A DNA stretch of 64,000 nt. It comes from a virus. Its lineage: Duplodnaviria > Caudoviricetes. This document shows positions 35,356 to 45,142 of the stretch, piece by piece. Each line of letters starts with the position of its first letter. Within the stretch, counting starts at the first letter, position 1. The notes under the pieces were generated by a model. The model searched no databases. It was not told the DNA's origin and was given only the letters and a program-made list of their open reading frames with translations. Location: positions 373,491-437,490 of the IMG/VR virus record IMGVR_UViG_3300021978_000001, one strand, 5' to 3'. A program made the translations under genes and the position numbers.

Positions 35356-37044
35356 ATGCTACCAAAGATCACCCCCAACCTCGAACAGCGCCTCAAGCAC
35401 GAGGTGTGCGAGGTCGCGCGCCAGGGCTTGATGCAAGTCCCTTCCAAATCCCCCAACCGCATGCTTTCCAAGCTCGCAAAGCACCTTGTCGGCAAGGTCG
35501 ATCTCCCTGCGGGCGCGTTGAGCCAACAGGAAGCGTACCGCTTCGCCATGGAGCTGCTCGGGCAATGCCGCGTCGCCTTGACCGCACATGATGTCAAGAG
35601 CGCGGTCAAGGAAGTCACCGGGGACGAAAACCCCCTCGTGGATACCTCGACCGTCCAGCGTATCGCTGCGGCACTCCAGAAAGGATGCGAAGGCATGCGT
35701 GATGACGCGGAACGTGGTGCTCAGGGCGCCTTGCGTACCGTGACCAAGCTGCTTGTCCGCGATATGGCGCTCGAAGAATGGTCCGCCATGCAAGTCAGCG
35801 ATGCCATGGTCCGTGATATGCTGATCACGCTCCCGATGGCATCCGATCAGATCGCAGGATTCCTTTCGACCTATGTGTCCCGCGCCGCGAGCATTCGGCT
35901 CGTGCAAGCGCGTAAGGTCGCGCGCGCCTTCGCCATGAAGGCTGCTTGCGTGAGCTTGACAGAAAGGACTGCATGCGAGGGCGGGAACTGTGCTTGCTCG
36001 GGCGCCTGCGCTTGCGCATGTGAGGGCTACGCGAATCAGGATGCTTGTGCGTGTGCCTCGGTGACGTCGGGCATCACGATCGCCAATGCAGAAGACTTCC
36101 CAAAGAGCACCCAGGTCGCGATGAAGCGTCTCAAGAAGATCAATGAAGATCTCGAAATGCTCTCGACCAAGATCGAAAAGCTCGAAGATCAGGGCGTGGA
36201 TGCCTCCAAGCTGCATGGGAAGCGCAATGACCTCCAGGGAGAGTACGACCGCACGGTGCGTCTCTTGGAAGGCTTCGGCGTCAAGGTCGCAAAGAACTAT
36301 CCACCCGAAGTCGAACGCTACGTCGAGGAGCACAAGGCGCAAGGCATGCCTGTCGGTAAGGCATGGGCCATCGCCTGGTCGCGCTATTGCAAGTACAAGA
36401 ACCCAGGCAGCGAGCATTGCAAGGGGAAGGATTACTTCCCGGGGCGACGCTCCGCGCAGCTCCCGCGCCGTCAACCTCGTGAAGCGGGAAAGGACGACGC
36501 CAGGATGTTCAACATGGACCCCACGCGCTACACCCGTGAAGAGCGGCGTGAGATCTTGAGGGAGCGCCCCTGGCTGCATCCCCGCAACCCGAGCGCGCTC
36601 GACTATGCCATGGATGCCTTGCGCAAGCCTCTGGCGAACTGGCAAGAGGGCGGTTCCGGGAAAGGCGCGGTATTCGCGGCATACAATGCGTTGCATGAGG
36701 ACCAGAAGAAAGCGCTGGCCATGGCAAACGCCAAGGTGATGCCTTCGAGTACAGTGGCGTTCCGCTCCAGCATGAACGGTAAGACGTTCCCCTCGTCGAT
36801 GAAGGGGCAATCGTTGCATGTCGAGATCGAACCTGGCATGGCGCGGCTCGGACCCAACCATGTCCGCGCTTACCAGGTCACGCCACGCGAGGTGATGATT
36901 CACCCGGACATCCCCGGGTCTCCGCTCGGCAAGGGTGTGTGGAAGTGGGAGCGCGAGATGATCCTGATGCCGGACGCGAACCCCAAGCGTCTTTCCGATG
37001 CACAGACCGCAAAACTTCTCGATTCGATCGCCAGGAGAGGCTGA
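35356..37044 (+). CDS. multi-domain putative internal virion protein with C-terminal ART-like domain
   Basis: R/K-x-A motifs, Cys-rich linker, AWAIAWS module, C-terminal FR...GQSL...WEREMIL. Confidence 0.6.
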   Translation: MLPKITPNLEQRLKHEVCEVARQGLMQVPSKSPNRMLSKLAKHLVGKVDLPAGALSQQEAYRFAMELLGQCRVALTAHDVKSAVKEVTGDENPLVDTSTVQRIAAALQKGCEGMRDDAERGAQGALRTVTKLLVRDMALEEWSAMQVSDAMVRDMLITLPMASDQIAGFLSTYVSRAASIRLVQARKVARAFAMKAACVSLTERTACEGGNCACSGACACACEGYANQDACACASVTSGITIANAEDFPKSTQVAMKRLKKINEDLEMLSTKIEKLEDQGVDASKLHGKRNDLQGEYDRTVRLLEGFGVKVAKNYPPEVERYVEEHKAQGMPVGKAWAIAWSRYCKYKNPGSEHCKGKDYFPGRRSAQLPRRQPREAGKDDARMFNMDPTRYTREERREILRERPWLHPRNPSALDYAMDALRKPLANWQEGGSGKGAVFAAYNALHEDQKKALAMANAKVMPSSTVAFRSSMNGKTFPSSMKGQSLHVEIEPGMARLGPNHVRAYQVTPREVMIHPDIPGSPLGKGVWKWEREMILMPDANPKRLSDAQTAKLLDSIARRG

Positions 37045-37046
37045 CC

Positions 37047-37790
37047 ATGAACCGAATGATTCGACGTATTGCTCGCCTCTACCTCGCGGGCATCCCTGAG
37101 TACGAGAAGCTGCTACGCATGCACCGTTCTGAATACGGCGAGCGCCCCTGGTCGCTCCAGATCGAGCGCTTGCATGGTGCCTGTATGGATGCGCATGCCG
37201 ACATGAACATCCGTGAAGCCCGGGAAGCTCTCGGTGCGATCTTGCGCGACATGGAAGCCCTGAGCAAATTGCTCACGCTCGAACCAGATCTCGCGAACAT
37301 CGAGGATGTGGTCAAGGTCCAGACCCTCGTGCGTATCGCTTTCCGTATGGAGCAGCCGACCGAGGGTGATCTGTTGGTGATCATCGCGAACGCGCTCGAA
37401 GCGCTCGTAACTCCCGGGCTTGGTGATTGGGCATACTCGCTCGACATCACCACACGTGAAGCAAGCAAAGCGCAGCGTGTGGCAAAGATGACTCCGACCG
37501 ATCTCGAAAACACCGTTCGCCGTCTGGAGAACCAACTCTTGCGTGTCAAGAAGACGATGGCGGGGGGCGCGCACAAGCGCGTGGTCCAGGTCGAGCTTCG
37601 TGAACTTTCTCGTGATCTTCGAGACTTCTACTTCAACGCAGGGGTCATGCATCTCGATGAGCTTCCGGGATCGACGGCCAGGCGCATGAAGGTCATCGAG
37701 CTGGAGAAGGAAGAGCTTGAGGCCATGACAAAGACCAAGGATCAGGACACGCTCGAAGTCTTCTTGCGAGACCTCGCGAAGCGTTTCTGA
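37047..37790 (+). CDS. hypothetical protein, possible internal virion protein
   Basis: GAGG RBS; MNRMIRRIARLYLA N-terminus. Confidence 0.65.
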   Translation: MNRMIRRIARLYLAGIPEYEKLLRMHRSEYGERPWSLQIERLHGACMDAHADMNIREAREALGAILRDMEALSKLLTLEPDLANIEDVVKVQTLVRIAFRMEQPTEGDLLVIIANALEALVTPGLGDWAYSLDITTREASKAQRVAKMTPTDLENTVRRLENQLLRVKKTMAGGAHKRVVQVELRELSRDLRDFYFNAGVMHLDELPGSTARRMKVIELEKEELEAMTKTKDQDTLEVFLRDLAKRF

Positions 37791-37814
37791 ACAAGCACAT
37801 AAGGGAGAAGAGCC

Positions 37815-38462
37815 ATGGTAAGAGGATTGTTGGAAGCAGGGACATACAAGCCGCGTGATCTCGAAGTCCACGAGCAGAAGAGAAAGAACGCGTTTCGCAA
37901 CATGTGCCTGATGTACGCCTTCTGTGTCGCGGCGCTCCTGGCGATTGCCTTTGCATGGTTCGCAGCACATGATGTGACCGGAACGATCGTGGCCATTGGC
38001 TTTTTCCTGGTGAGCTGCGGCGTCGCAGCCTGGGGAACGCGTGGGTACTACAAGAAGGCTCGCTACGGCTACGACATCGTGGATGGTGCAGTGCGGATCG
38101 AGTTTGACAGCCTCGATTACTACGTCCCACCAAACCTGATGGAACCCTTCCTCAAGGGCATCTTGCATACGTTCCGTGAGGAGTTTCAACGCGTTTACGG
38201 CAAGGAACCCAAGGACGTGATCCAGGTGCTCATGGTGGTCAAGAAAGAACGCCCCGAGGACCCCTTGAAGCGTGTCTCCGCCGATCGCGTCGTGGGGCTC
38301 ACCTATCATGGTCAACGCGTGAGCTATGTCTATGGCCCCTACGCCTTGAGTGATGGCGGGCTCGGGTATGAGTTTCGGCTCCAGTTGTGTCACAAGATCG
38401 TCCCGGAGATGTCTGAGCCCGAGAAGATCGAGTGGATGGCAGAGAAGGGTCTCTATCCTTGA
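37815..38462 (+). CDS. membrane protein (2 TM)
   Basis: GGAG RBS; two hydrophobic helices. Confidence 0.7.
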   Translation: MVRGLLEAGTYKPRDLEVHEQKRKNAFRNMCLMYAFCVAALLAIAFAWFAAHDVTGTIVAIGFFLVSCGVAAWGTRGYYKKARYGYDIVDGAVRIEFDSLDYYVPPNLMEPFLKGILHTFREEFQRVYGKEPKDVIQVLMVVKKERPEDPLKRVSADRVVGLTYHGQRVSYVYGPYALSDGGLGYEFRLQLCHKIVPEMSEPEKIEWMAEKGLYP

Positions 38463-38484
38463 TCGACTCGATCGTTTGAAACCC

Positions 38485-38949
38485 TCAGTACCCGAAGTCG
38501 AACCCATACCTGTAGACCACGCCCTCCACGGCCAACTCCTCCTCATAAGCGCCAACCCCGCCTCCCCTCTTGATGCGTTCGTAGACGCGTTCCATCAAGG
38601 GGTCTCCTATTTTGGCGACACGGGACGAGCTACAACAGCCCCGCGAGGCTTTTTCCGTGAGAAGGCGCGCCTTGATCTGCTCGACCGCTGGTGCAGGCAA
38701 GAGGTGCTTCCAGTACATCATGTCCCCCATCAATTCGTAGAAGGCGAGACACTCTTCACACCACACCTCATCGGGCACCTTGGGGTACCTGTCATCTCGA
38801 AAGATGTGGTCTACAGCAGATGTCCCGCAACAGTTGCAGCGGGCATCGTCAGGAGGCTCGACGGTGGTCTTGTGTCTGCGCTCCTGGAAGGCCACCGTGA
38901 TGCCCCGGTCGATCAACCAGTCCTTTTCCTTCGTGTACGTGTTCGTCAT
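38485..38949 (-). CDS. hypothetical Zn-finger-like protein
   Basis: AGGAG RBS; CNCC...WCEEC; preceded by class I promoter. Confidence 0.65.
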   Translation of the reverse strand: MTNTYTKEKDWLIDRGITVAFQERRHKTTVEPPDDARCNCCGTSAVDHIFRDDRYPKVPDEVWCEECLAFYELMGDMMYWKHLLPAPAVEQIKARLLTEKASRGCCSSSRVAKIGDPLMERVYERIKRGGGVGAYEEELAVEGVVYRYGFDFGY

Positions 38950-38984
38950 GGCCTTTGATTCTCCTGTGATGGTGTATTCCTCCC

Positions 38985-39013
38985 TTCGTACCATGACAAG
39001 TGCATCCTGTAAA
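38985..39013 (-). promoter_or_regulatory. recurrent phage promoter class I
   Basis: TTTACA-N17(...CATGG)-TACGAA. Confidence 0.6.
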
Positions 39014-39067
39014 GGCGTAATCATCTTATAACACAGGTGAAAGACAACACCTGCAAAGGGAGTAGAT

Positions 39068-40081
39068 ATGCAGATGAATACATTGAGTTTCGAGCGTGTC
39101 CAGGCGGGCATGAAGGCCATGCGTGAGTTTGGCGTCGAGCGTGATGCTTTCGAGGTACGTGGTATCGCGGTCAAGCTGCGAACGCTCGTAGGAGATGAGC
39201 ACCGCAAGGTCAACACGTATGTCACGGCATATATGGAAGAGTACCAGGACGTGGACGAGAGCGCGTTCAACTTCGACGCGACCCTGGATTTCTTCCTCGT
39301 GCGCAAGATCGAGGTTCTCGCCTACAGCATCGAGCTGATGGGCACCTTCGACTTCGACGGCATCGAGTATGTGGAGACGGGGGAGATGAATGACCAGGGC
39401 ATGCCGGTCAAGATCCCGAAGGCTGTCTTCGTGCGCCAGATGCTCCACCAGGTGGATCAGACCATCGTGGATGTGCTCTATCGCAAGTACGCAGATCTCG
39501 TCGAGGTCGCGGAAGAGAAAGCCTATGCGGGCATCGAGTTTCGCGACCCCGAGGATGAACTCGCCAAGGCGCGCGCAAAAGTCGAGCGTCTCGAACAGGA
39601 ACTCGGGATCACGCGCGAGCCCGAGCTGACCGAAAACTCCGAGCAAGAGATCGAGGACAGCGACATCCTCACGGAAGAGGCCATTCACGACATGGCCTTC
39701 CAGGTGATCCCCGAGGAAGACCGAGAGATCCTCTTGACCGAGCGCGCCGATCCGATCCCCGAGCCTCCCAAGAAGGCGCCACCACAGAGTCGTATGAATG
39801 TAGGTGGTCAAGAGTTTGTCAAGCTCGACGAGCCCGAGGAACTCACCGAGGAAGAGGCCGCTTACTTCGACGCGCAAGAAGAGCTGTATCAACAGCGGTA
39901 CGGAGAGGACGCCACGCTGCCTCCACGAAAGCCCCTGAACACTCAGGTGCCGCAGTTCCAGGCGGGCTCGCTCCCGTCTCAGGGAGCGCAGCGTCGCGTC
40001 GTGCGTCAAAGCATGCAGGCGCCTCCCGGGATCGAAGTCGCAGAAGGCATCCATGGCCCCGAGACGCTCACCAAGAAGTGA
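39068..40081 (+). CDS. putative tail assembly chaperone
   Basis: Position two genes before tape measure; KLRTL...E; KIEVLAYSI; LYRKY.DL pattern. Confidence 0.55.
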   Translation: MQMNTLSFERVQAGMKAMREFGVERDAFEVRGIAVKLRTLVGDEHRKVNTYVTAYMEEYQDVDESAFNFDATLDFFLVRKIEVLAYSIELMGTFDFDGIEYVETGEMNDQGMPVKIPKAVFVRQMLHQVDQTIVDVLYRKYADLVEVAEEKAYAGIEFRDPEDELAKARAKVERLEQELGITREPELTENSEQEIEDSDILTEEAIHDMAFQVIPEEDREILLTERADPIPEPPKKAPPQSRMNVGGQEFVKLDEPEELTEEEAAYFDAQEELYQQRYGEDATLPPRKPLNTQVPQFQAGSLPSQGAQRRVVRQSMQAPPGIEVAEGIHGPETLTKK

Positions 40082-40108
40082 TCGGGTTACTGTGCGGGAA
40101 GGAGAGTC

Positions 40109-41281
40109 ATGGGCAGGTATGATGACGTCGAAGCGCTCTTGCATCGAGGTTTCTTGAGCGCGAGGTGTGATATGTTCAATATCCCCGTCGTGTTCAAGAC
40201 CTTGACACAGGTGGAGTTTGACCTGGTGTTGATGCAGGGCGAAGACCTGGCCCGGGATTGGCGCGTTCATACAGGGTACTACCTCGCGTACTCCACGCTC
40301 TTCTTTAACCGTCAGCTTCTCTTGCCTGTTCGTCAGTTCTGGGTGACCGAGCTTGCCGAGCTGTACGCCTCCCTCCCGGATCGCATTTTGGTGGTGCTCC
40401 TCCTGATGGTCAACCGGATCAACCAGCGCTCCCGGGAAGCGCTCGAACAGGTCCAGGCATACAGCTATGGCGCCGCGTCGAGAGAACGCTGGGCTTCGGT
40501 CAAGGGACTCCCCCTGTGCGATTCCAGGGTGACGGGGATCGAGGGTACGGAGAAGGTGGGCCTGACCTATCACCAGCGATTGTGGTCTTACCTCAACCGC
40601 GCCGAAGACGAGCAAGAGCACTTCCTTCGCATGTACGGGCTCGCCAAGTTTATCACCTCTCCGCATGCGCCCAAGGAGATCCAGAAGATGGATCGCAAGG
40701 ACGCCAAGAAGATCAAGGAGATGAACAAGGTCCGGCGCAAACTCTTCGAGGGACGCGCCGCGCGTCTGGGGGAGGATGATCGTGAGGTGCGTGTGAGCGC
40801 GGAGAGTGCGGAAGAGTTGCTCGAACAAATGGAGCGCACCCTGCGTGGGGAGAAGGACTACCACGACCTCGTGATCGAAGCGCACCAGAAGAAAGTCCGT
40901 CAAGCCTACATCGCGCGCGAGGAAGAGCGTCAACGCCTGGCGAAGATGAACGCGGCGCGTCGCGAGCAGGCGCTCATGCAAGAGGCGAGCGCGCTGGCGT
41001 TTAAGGGGCTGACGCGGCAAGAGGTCGAGCATCTCATCCGTAAACAGCGCCAGGAGAGCGCGCAGATGCGACAGGAGAAGACCTGGATCGACCCGGATGC
41101 TCTCGCGGCGCAAGAGCAAAACCTCTTGCGATGGGGCTTCCTCGATGTCGAGGACATCCCGAGCAACCGACGTGAATGGTATAATCCGGCAAAGCACACC
41201 GTGACACGTCCGGGGGAGGACGACGAGAATCCATTGATGGATTCTCATTATGAGCGTGTTCACCCTGAACGTGAAGACTGA
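40109..41281 (+). CDS. putative tail assembly chaperone / pre-tape-measure protein
   Basis: Immediately upstream of tape measure; G..GTE.+GL.YHQR.W...N..ED. Confidence 0.5.
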   Translation: MGRYDDVEALLHRGFLSARCDMFNIPVVFKTLTQVEFDLVLMQGEDLARDWRVHTGYYLAYSTLFFNRQLLLPVRQFWVTELAELYASLPDRILVVLLLMVNRINQRSREALEQVQAYSYGAASRERWASVKGLPLCDSRVTGIEGTEKVGLTYHQRLWSYLNRAEDEQEHFLRMYGLAKFITSPHAPKEIQKMDRKDAKKIKEMNKVRRKLFEGRAARLGEDDREVRVSAESAEELLEQMERTLRGEKDYHDLVIEAHQKKVRQAYIAREEERQRLAKMNAARREQALMQEASALAFKGLTRQEVEHLIRKQRQESAQMRQEKTWIDPDALAAQEQNLLRWGFLDVEDIPSNRREWYNPAKHTVTRPGEDDENPLMDSHYERVHPERED

Positions 41282-41296
41282 TTTCCGAGGCGAGCC

Positions 41297-44200
41297 ATGG
41301 CAGAGGACATTCAAAAGCTGATCATTTCAGTCGGGCAACGTGGCCTGGCTGATGTCGAGCGCAGCTTCAAGAACCTCGATGGTGTGGTCTCCACGGCTTT
41401 CGACAAGCTCGGGAAGTACAACAAGAACCTTGGTGAAGATAGCGCGGATGCTGCCAAGCGTCTGCAAGCCGTCAGCGGCGCGCTTACCAGCATCGAACGG
41501 AACATCCAGAGCGCGGGAAAGGGCCTCTCGACGACCTTCGATGGTAAGAAGATCCAGAACTTCGACACGCGCGTCCGCAAACTCCAGCGCTCCCTGCTCG
41601 ACGCGGTGGATGATTTTCGTACCGCCGAAGACCAGGCAACCAAGGCGAGCGCCAAGAAGCGCATCCAATCCATTCAGAGCGTGATCGACAAGGAAGTGGC
41701 GAGCTTTGGCAAGCTGTACGCGAAGCACCGGGAGCAGTTCCAGGAGCTTTCCGAGATGCAGCGCAAGACAGGCATGCAAAACTTCGCCTCGGGCGCGCGT
41801 GGTACCGCGCAGCTCATCAATCAGCTCCGATCCGGTGATGTGGGAGGCGCTGCGAACACCCTCGGGAGCGGTGGGCAGCAACTCTTCAAGGGCGCGCAAA
41901 AGCGTTCGTTCGATTCTGCGATGAAGGGGAGCAAGGGCGCCGCTGGTGTCACACGCGCGCTCGGTGCCCTGGCCAAGGTCGCGGGTCCCATGGCGGCGGT
42001 GGCCATGGTTCTGGGCAGCGTGGTCAAGGCGTTCCTCGACCTCGACGCCAGGGTCAAGGACATCAACAAGTCGATGCTCAAGAACGTCCCGCTCACCTCG
42101 CTCGCGGCAGATCAGTTCGGTGACCTCGCGGGCCAGGTCGCAGATGGTGAGCAGGCGCTACGTGAGATCCGCAACACGATCTTGACCGATGCCGACTTGC
42201 GCATGCTCGGAATGACTCCCGAGATGATGAGCCAGACGATGCTCGCCATCGAACAGCAAGCGGGGGGTTTGAGCAACCTCAGATCACAAGGCGTGAGCGC
42301 GCGTGATGCGCTCGAAGCGGCACAGGTCGCGGCGCTTAACCTCGGTGTCGATGCCAACGAGACCATGGGCTTGATCGGGTCGCTCATCGACGTGACAGGC
42401 GCGAGCTTTAACGAGGCGGTCGATTCGCTCTCGATGGTTATCTCCAGCGCGCAGGATGCCGGGGTCTCCACGCAGAAGTTCTTCAACATCGTGCAGTCTG
42501 TTGTGGGCGAGATGGGGATGTACAACTACCGCCTCGAAGAGACGGCGGCGTTGTTCAGCAAGCTCACCAACGTCATGGACTCCAAGAGCGCGGAAGACTA
42601 CCTGCGTAACGTCGAGGGCGCGTTCAAGGGGATGAGCGCGACCGATCGCATGCAAGAGGCATTGATCCTTGGAGGGGGTGAGATGAGTGCGATGGGCGCG
42701 CGCGCACGTGAAAACGCCATCGCACAGGTAGACCCCAAGGAGCTGGCGGCACAAATGAAGGCCGCAGGTCTTGGCAGCAAGTTTATCGCAGATGACATCG
42801 GCAAAACACTTCGTAGTCTGACGGGCACCGAGCTGGCCATGGTCACGTCGGCCATGGATCGTGACCAGAAAACGCGCGTGCGCACCGCTGCGCGTCTTGA
42901 ACGGAACACGCGAGGTGGTGTGATGCGCCAGCAGGGGTCGATGCAGGACTTCACGATCGGAGACCGTATGATGGCTCCGATTATGAACCTGGAGAAGCTC
43001 CTCGGTCGCGACATCATGAACATTGATAGTGTGTTGGCATCCACGCGCGGGATCGATGAAACCCAGCTTCGCCAGATGCAGGATTTCGTGATGGAGATGC
43101 GCGGAGATTTCGCGCGCCTCGAACGCAGCGCCAAGACCATGGGGCCAGAGGAGTTTGCCAAGTTTGCCAAGGACATCGGCTACGAGGTCAGCGTCAACCA
43201 GGAAGGGCAGATTGTCGGGCGCAACGGAAAGGTGGTGCAAGGTTTCCGTGATCTCTTCACGAGCATGGGTACCGAAAAGAGTGCAGAACTCCAAAAGGAC
43301 CAAAAGACGCTCGCCCAAAAGCAAGCAGACATGCAGCGTACCATGCTCGACACGATCCGCTTCAAGCTGCTCGGGCTCGTCGAGGGTATCTACCGTTCCA
43401 TTCTCGACATCTATGACACCATGCAACGCATTCCCGGGCTCGGGAAGGATGAGCGCGCGAAGGCGACCGGAGCGTCCGCGCGTAAAGAGTTCGAGCTGCA
43501 TGGGCAACGCTCCAAGCTCGCGGACAAGCTCGTGGGTGCCTCTCCTGAAGAGCGCAAGAAGCTCGAAGCCCAGATCGCGGCCATCGACAGTCAGATCGCA
43601 GAGGAGCGTGGCTTCCGAGATGTGGTCGCCAAGGGGGGCACCTCGACGCGCACGGCGCGAAGTATGGCGCGCACTGGAAAGGCCACCGAGAATGAACTAC
43701 GGGATTATGAAGCGCGTGGGCGCGCGGTAGGTTCCATGGTGGGTGCGGATGTCGGCGCCAAGTTCTACTATGATTCAGGCATGGAGTCCGAGAAGTTCCA
43801 GGGGCGTCAAGGCGACCTCGGGACGCTCACAAAGATCTTGACCGGGAGCGGAAAGCTCTTGACCAAGCAGGAGGACATCGACAAGTACCTCGAAAAGCAG
43901 GGCGCGCTCGGGGAAGGCTATGATGTGGTCGGTAAGGTGATCGCCAAGCAGCTCGAAGAAAGCGGTGAGTTGTTCCCGGAAGACGCCAAGAAGTTGACCG
44001 AAAAGACCAACCAGATCCTCGGTGAACAGGGCATCAACCTCTCTCCAAAAGCGGTCAACAAACTTGTTCAGGCGCAGCTCCAGGCTCAAATCGATCAGCA
44101 GGTGATCCAGGATATTATGAAGATGACCGGGCGCGACATGGCGAGCGCTCAGTATGTCCTTGGAGGTTATCGGCGCGGAGATAAGGCCGCAGTGGATCAG

Positions 44201-44566
44201 TTCGCCAATGAAGAGACGCTCGCGGGCATCGCGAATTACTACGGCATCAACCCGGGCAACATTCAGCCCATGAACGTGCAGTCGGCGCAGGACGCACGTA
44301 TGGTCACCGGGGGGATGCCCTTGCTCAATCTCAAGCCTGGTGACATCATCGTGGACCAGGCCATGCTCGCGCAGACCTTGGTGGGTGGTGCGGGACAGTT
44401 TGTCCCTGACCTTCTCCGTGGTTCTGTAGCCCGCAATAGCACGTCATCGAACAGCACGAACACCTTGAACGCGAACATCGTGATCAACGGAAACAACCCC
44501 GGCGAGATGCGTACAGAGATGATGCGCATCTTGCAAGAGTGGGAAGATCTCTCGACCACGAGGTGA
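41297..44566 (+). CDS. tail tape measure protein
   Basis: 1089 aa, helical Ala/Gly/Lys-rich; C-terminal NIVING..; followed by baseplate-type genes. Confidence 0.85.
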   Translation: MAEDIQKLIISVGQRGLADVERSFKNLDGVVSTAFDKLGKYNKNLGEDSADAAKRLQAVSGALTSIERNIQSAGKGLSTTFDGKKIQNFDTRVRKLQRSLLDAVDDFRTAEDQATKASAKKRIQSIQSVIDKEVASFGKLYAKHREQFQELSEMQRKTGMQNFASGARGTAQLINQLRSGDVGGAANTLGSGGQQLFKGAQKRSFDSAMKGSKGAAGVTRALGALAKVAGPMAAVAMVLGSVVKAFLDLDARVKDINKSMLKNVPLTSLAADQFGDLAGQVADGEQALREIRNTILTDADLRMLGMTPEMMSQTMLAIEQQAGGLSNLRSQGVSARDALEAAQVAALNLGVDANETMGLIGSLIDVTGASFNEAVDSLSMVISSAQDAGVSTQKFFNIVQSVVGEMGMYNYRLEETAALFSKLTNVMDSKSAEDYLRNVEGAFKGMSATDRMQEALILGGGEMSAMGARARENAIAQVDPKELAAQMKAAGLGSKFIADDIGKTLRSLTGTELAMVTSAMDRDQKTRVRTAARLERNTRGGVMRQQGSMQDFTIGDRMMAPIMNLEKLLGRDIMNIDSVLASTRGIDETQLRQMQDFVMEMRGDFARLERSAKTMGPEEFAKFAKDIGYEVSVNQEGQIVGRNGKVVQGFRDLFTSMGTEKSAELQKDQKTLAQKQADMQRTMLDTIRFKLLGLVEGIYRSILDIYDTMQRIPGLGKDERAKATGASARKEFELHGQRSKLADKLVGASPEERKKLEAQIAAIDSQIAEERGFRDVVAKGGTSTRTARSMARTGKATENELRDYEARGRAVGSMVGADVGAKFYYDSGMESEKFQGRQGDLGTLTKILTGSGKLLTKQEDIDKYLEKQGALGEGYDVVGKVIAKQLEESGELFPEDAKKLTEKTNQILGEQGINLSPKAVNKLVQAQLQAQIDQQVIQDIMKMTGRDMASAQYVLGGYRRGDKAAVDQFANEETLAGIANYYGINPGNIQPMNVQSAQDARMVTGGMPLLNLKPGDIIVDQAMLAQTLVGGAGQFVPDLLRGSVARNSTSSNSTNTLNANIVINGNNPGEMRTEMMRILQEWEDLSTTR

Positions 44567-44569
44567 CCC

Positions 44570-45118
44570 ATGGCGTCCGATTTCCCCCGTCGTAGCATCC
44601 CTTCGGCCTTTTCTGGTCCTGCGGATACCACCAGGCTCCCGGTGCTCTTTCAGGTGCTCTCGCCGGACAGGTCCACCCTCCTGCTCCCCGAGGCCATGTT
44701 TCTGCACGTCAACCCCTCGACCATGACGTTCAACTACGCCAAGGTCAAGGAGATGATCCAGACGCGCGGGGGCTTCCAGGAGCAACACTTTGGCGAGCAG
44801 CTCGTGGAGGTGTCGTGTTCGGTTGCTTCGGGCGCGTTTATTCATGTGGACACGGGGCTCGCGGTGCGCTCCAGGATCGACACGATCGCTTACGAGAAGT
44901 TCTTTCACCTCGTCGATCTCTTTCACAACAATGGTCTGGTCTATGATCAGCGCGGCGTGGTGCAGTTTCGTGGGTTGATTCGGATGACGTTTGATGGGGG
45001 TGTGTATGACGGAGCCTTCCGCTCGATCACGATCAACGAAGCGGCGGACAGTCCGTTTATGTTGACGTGTGACTTCACCTTCCGAGTCGAGCGTGAGGCG
45101 CGCTCAGTGCTCGTGTAA
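44570..45118 (+). CDS. putative baseplate/tail tube initiator protein
   Basis: LHVNPSTM...K...QTRGGF.EQHFGE..V.VSC....GAF. Confidence 0.6.
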   Translation: MASDFPRRSIPSAFSGPADTTRLPVLFQVLSPDRSTLLLPEAMFLHVNPSTMTFNYAKVKEMIQTRGGFQEQHFGEQLVEVSCSVASGAFIHVDTGLAVRSRIDTIAYEKFFHLVDLFHNNGLVYDQRGVVQFRGLIRMTFDGGVYDGAFRSITINEAADSPFMLTCDFTFRVEREARSVLV

Positions 45119-45142
45119 GCCCTTCCATCATGGAGACCTGGT

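Noticed and set aside
31400-38500. cas genes near the arrays
   Set aside because: No flanking ORF shows Cas1/2/3/5/6/7/8/11 motifs or appropriate size by eye; an HMM search is still needed.
40050-40110. Programmed frameshift between the two pre-tape-measure genes
   Set aside because: No XXXYYYZ slippery site near the stop, and the second gene has its own GGAG RBS.
39026-41314. Very long antisense ORFs (also 52669..54750, 24266..25912, 35359..36903, 4073..5653)
   Set aside because: Shadows of real genes on the opposite strand caused by GC-rich codon bias; no motifs or RBS.
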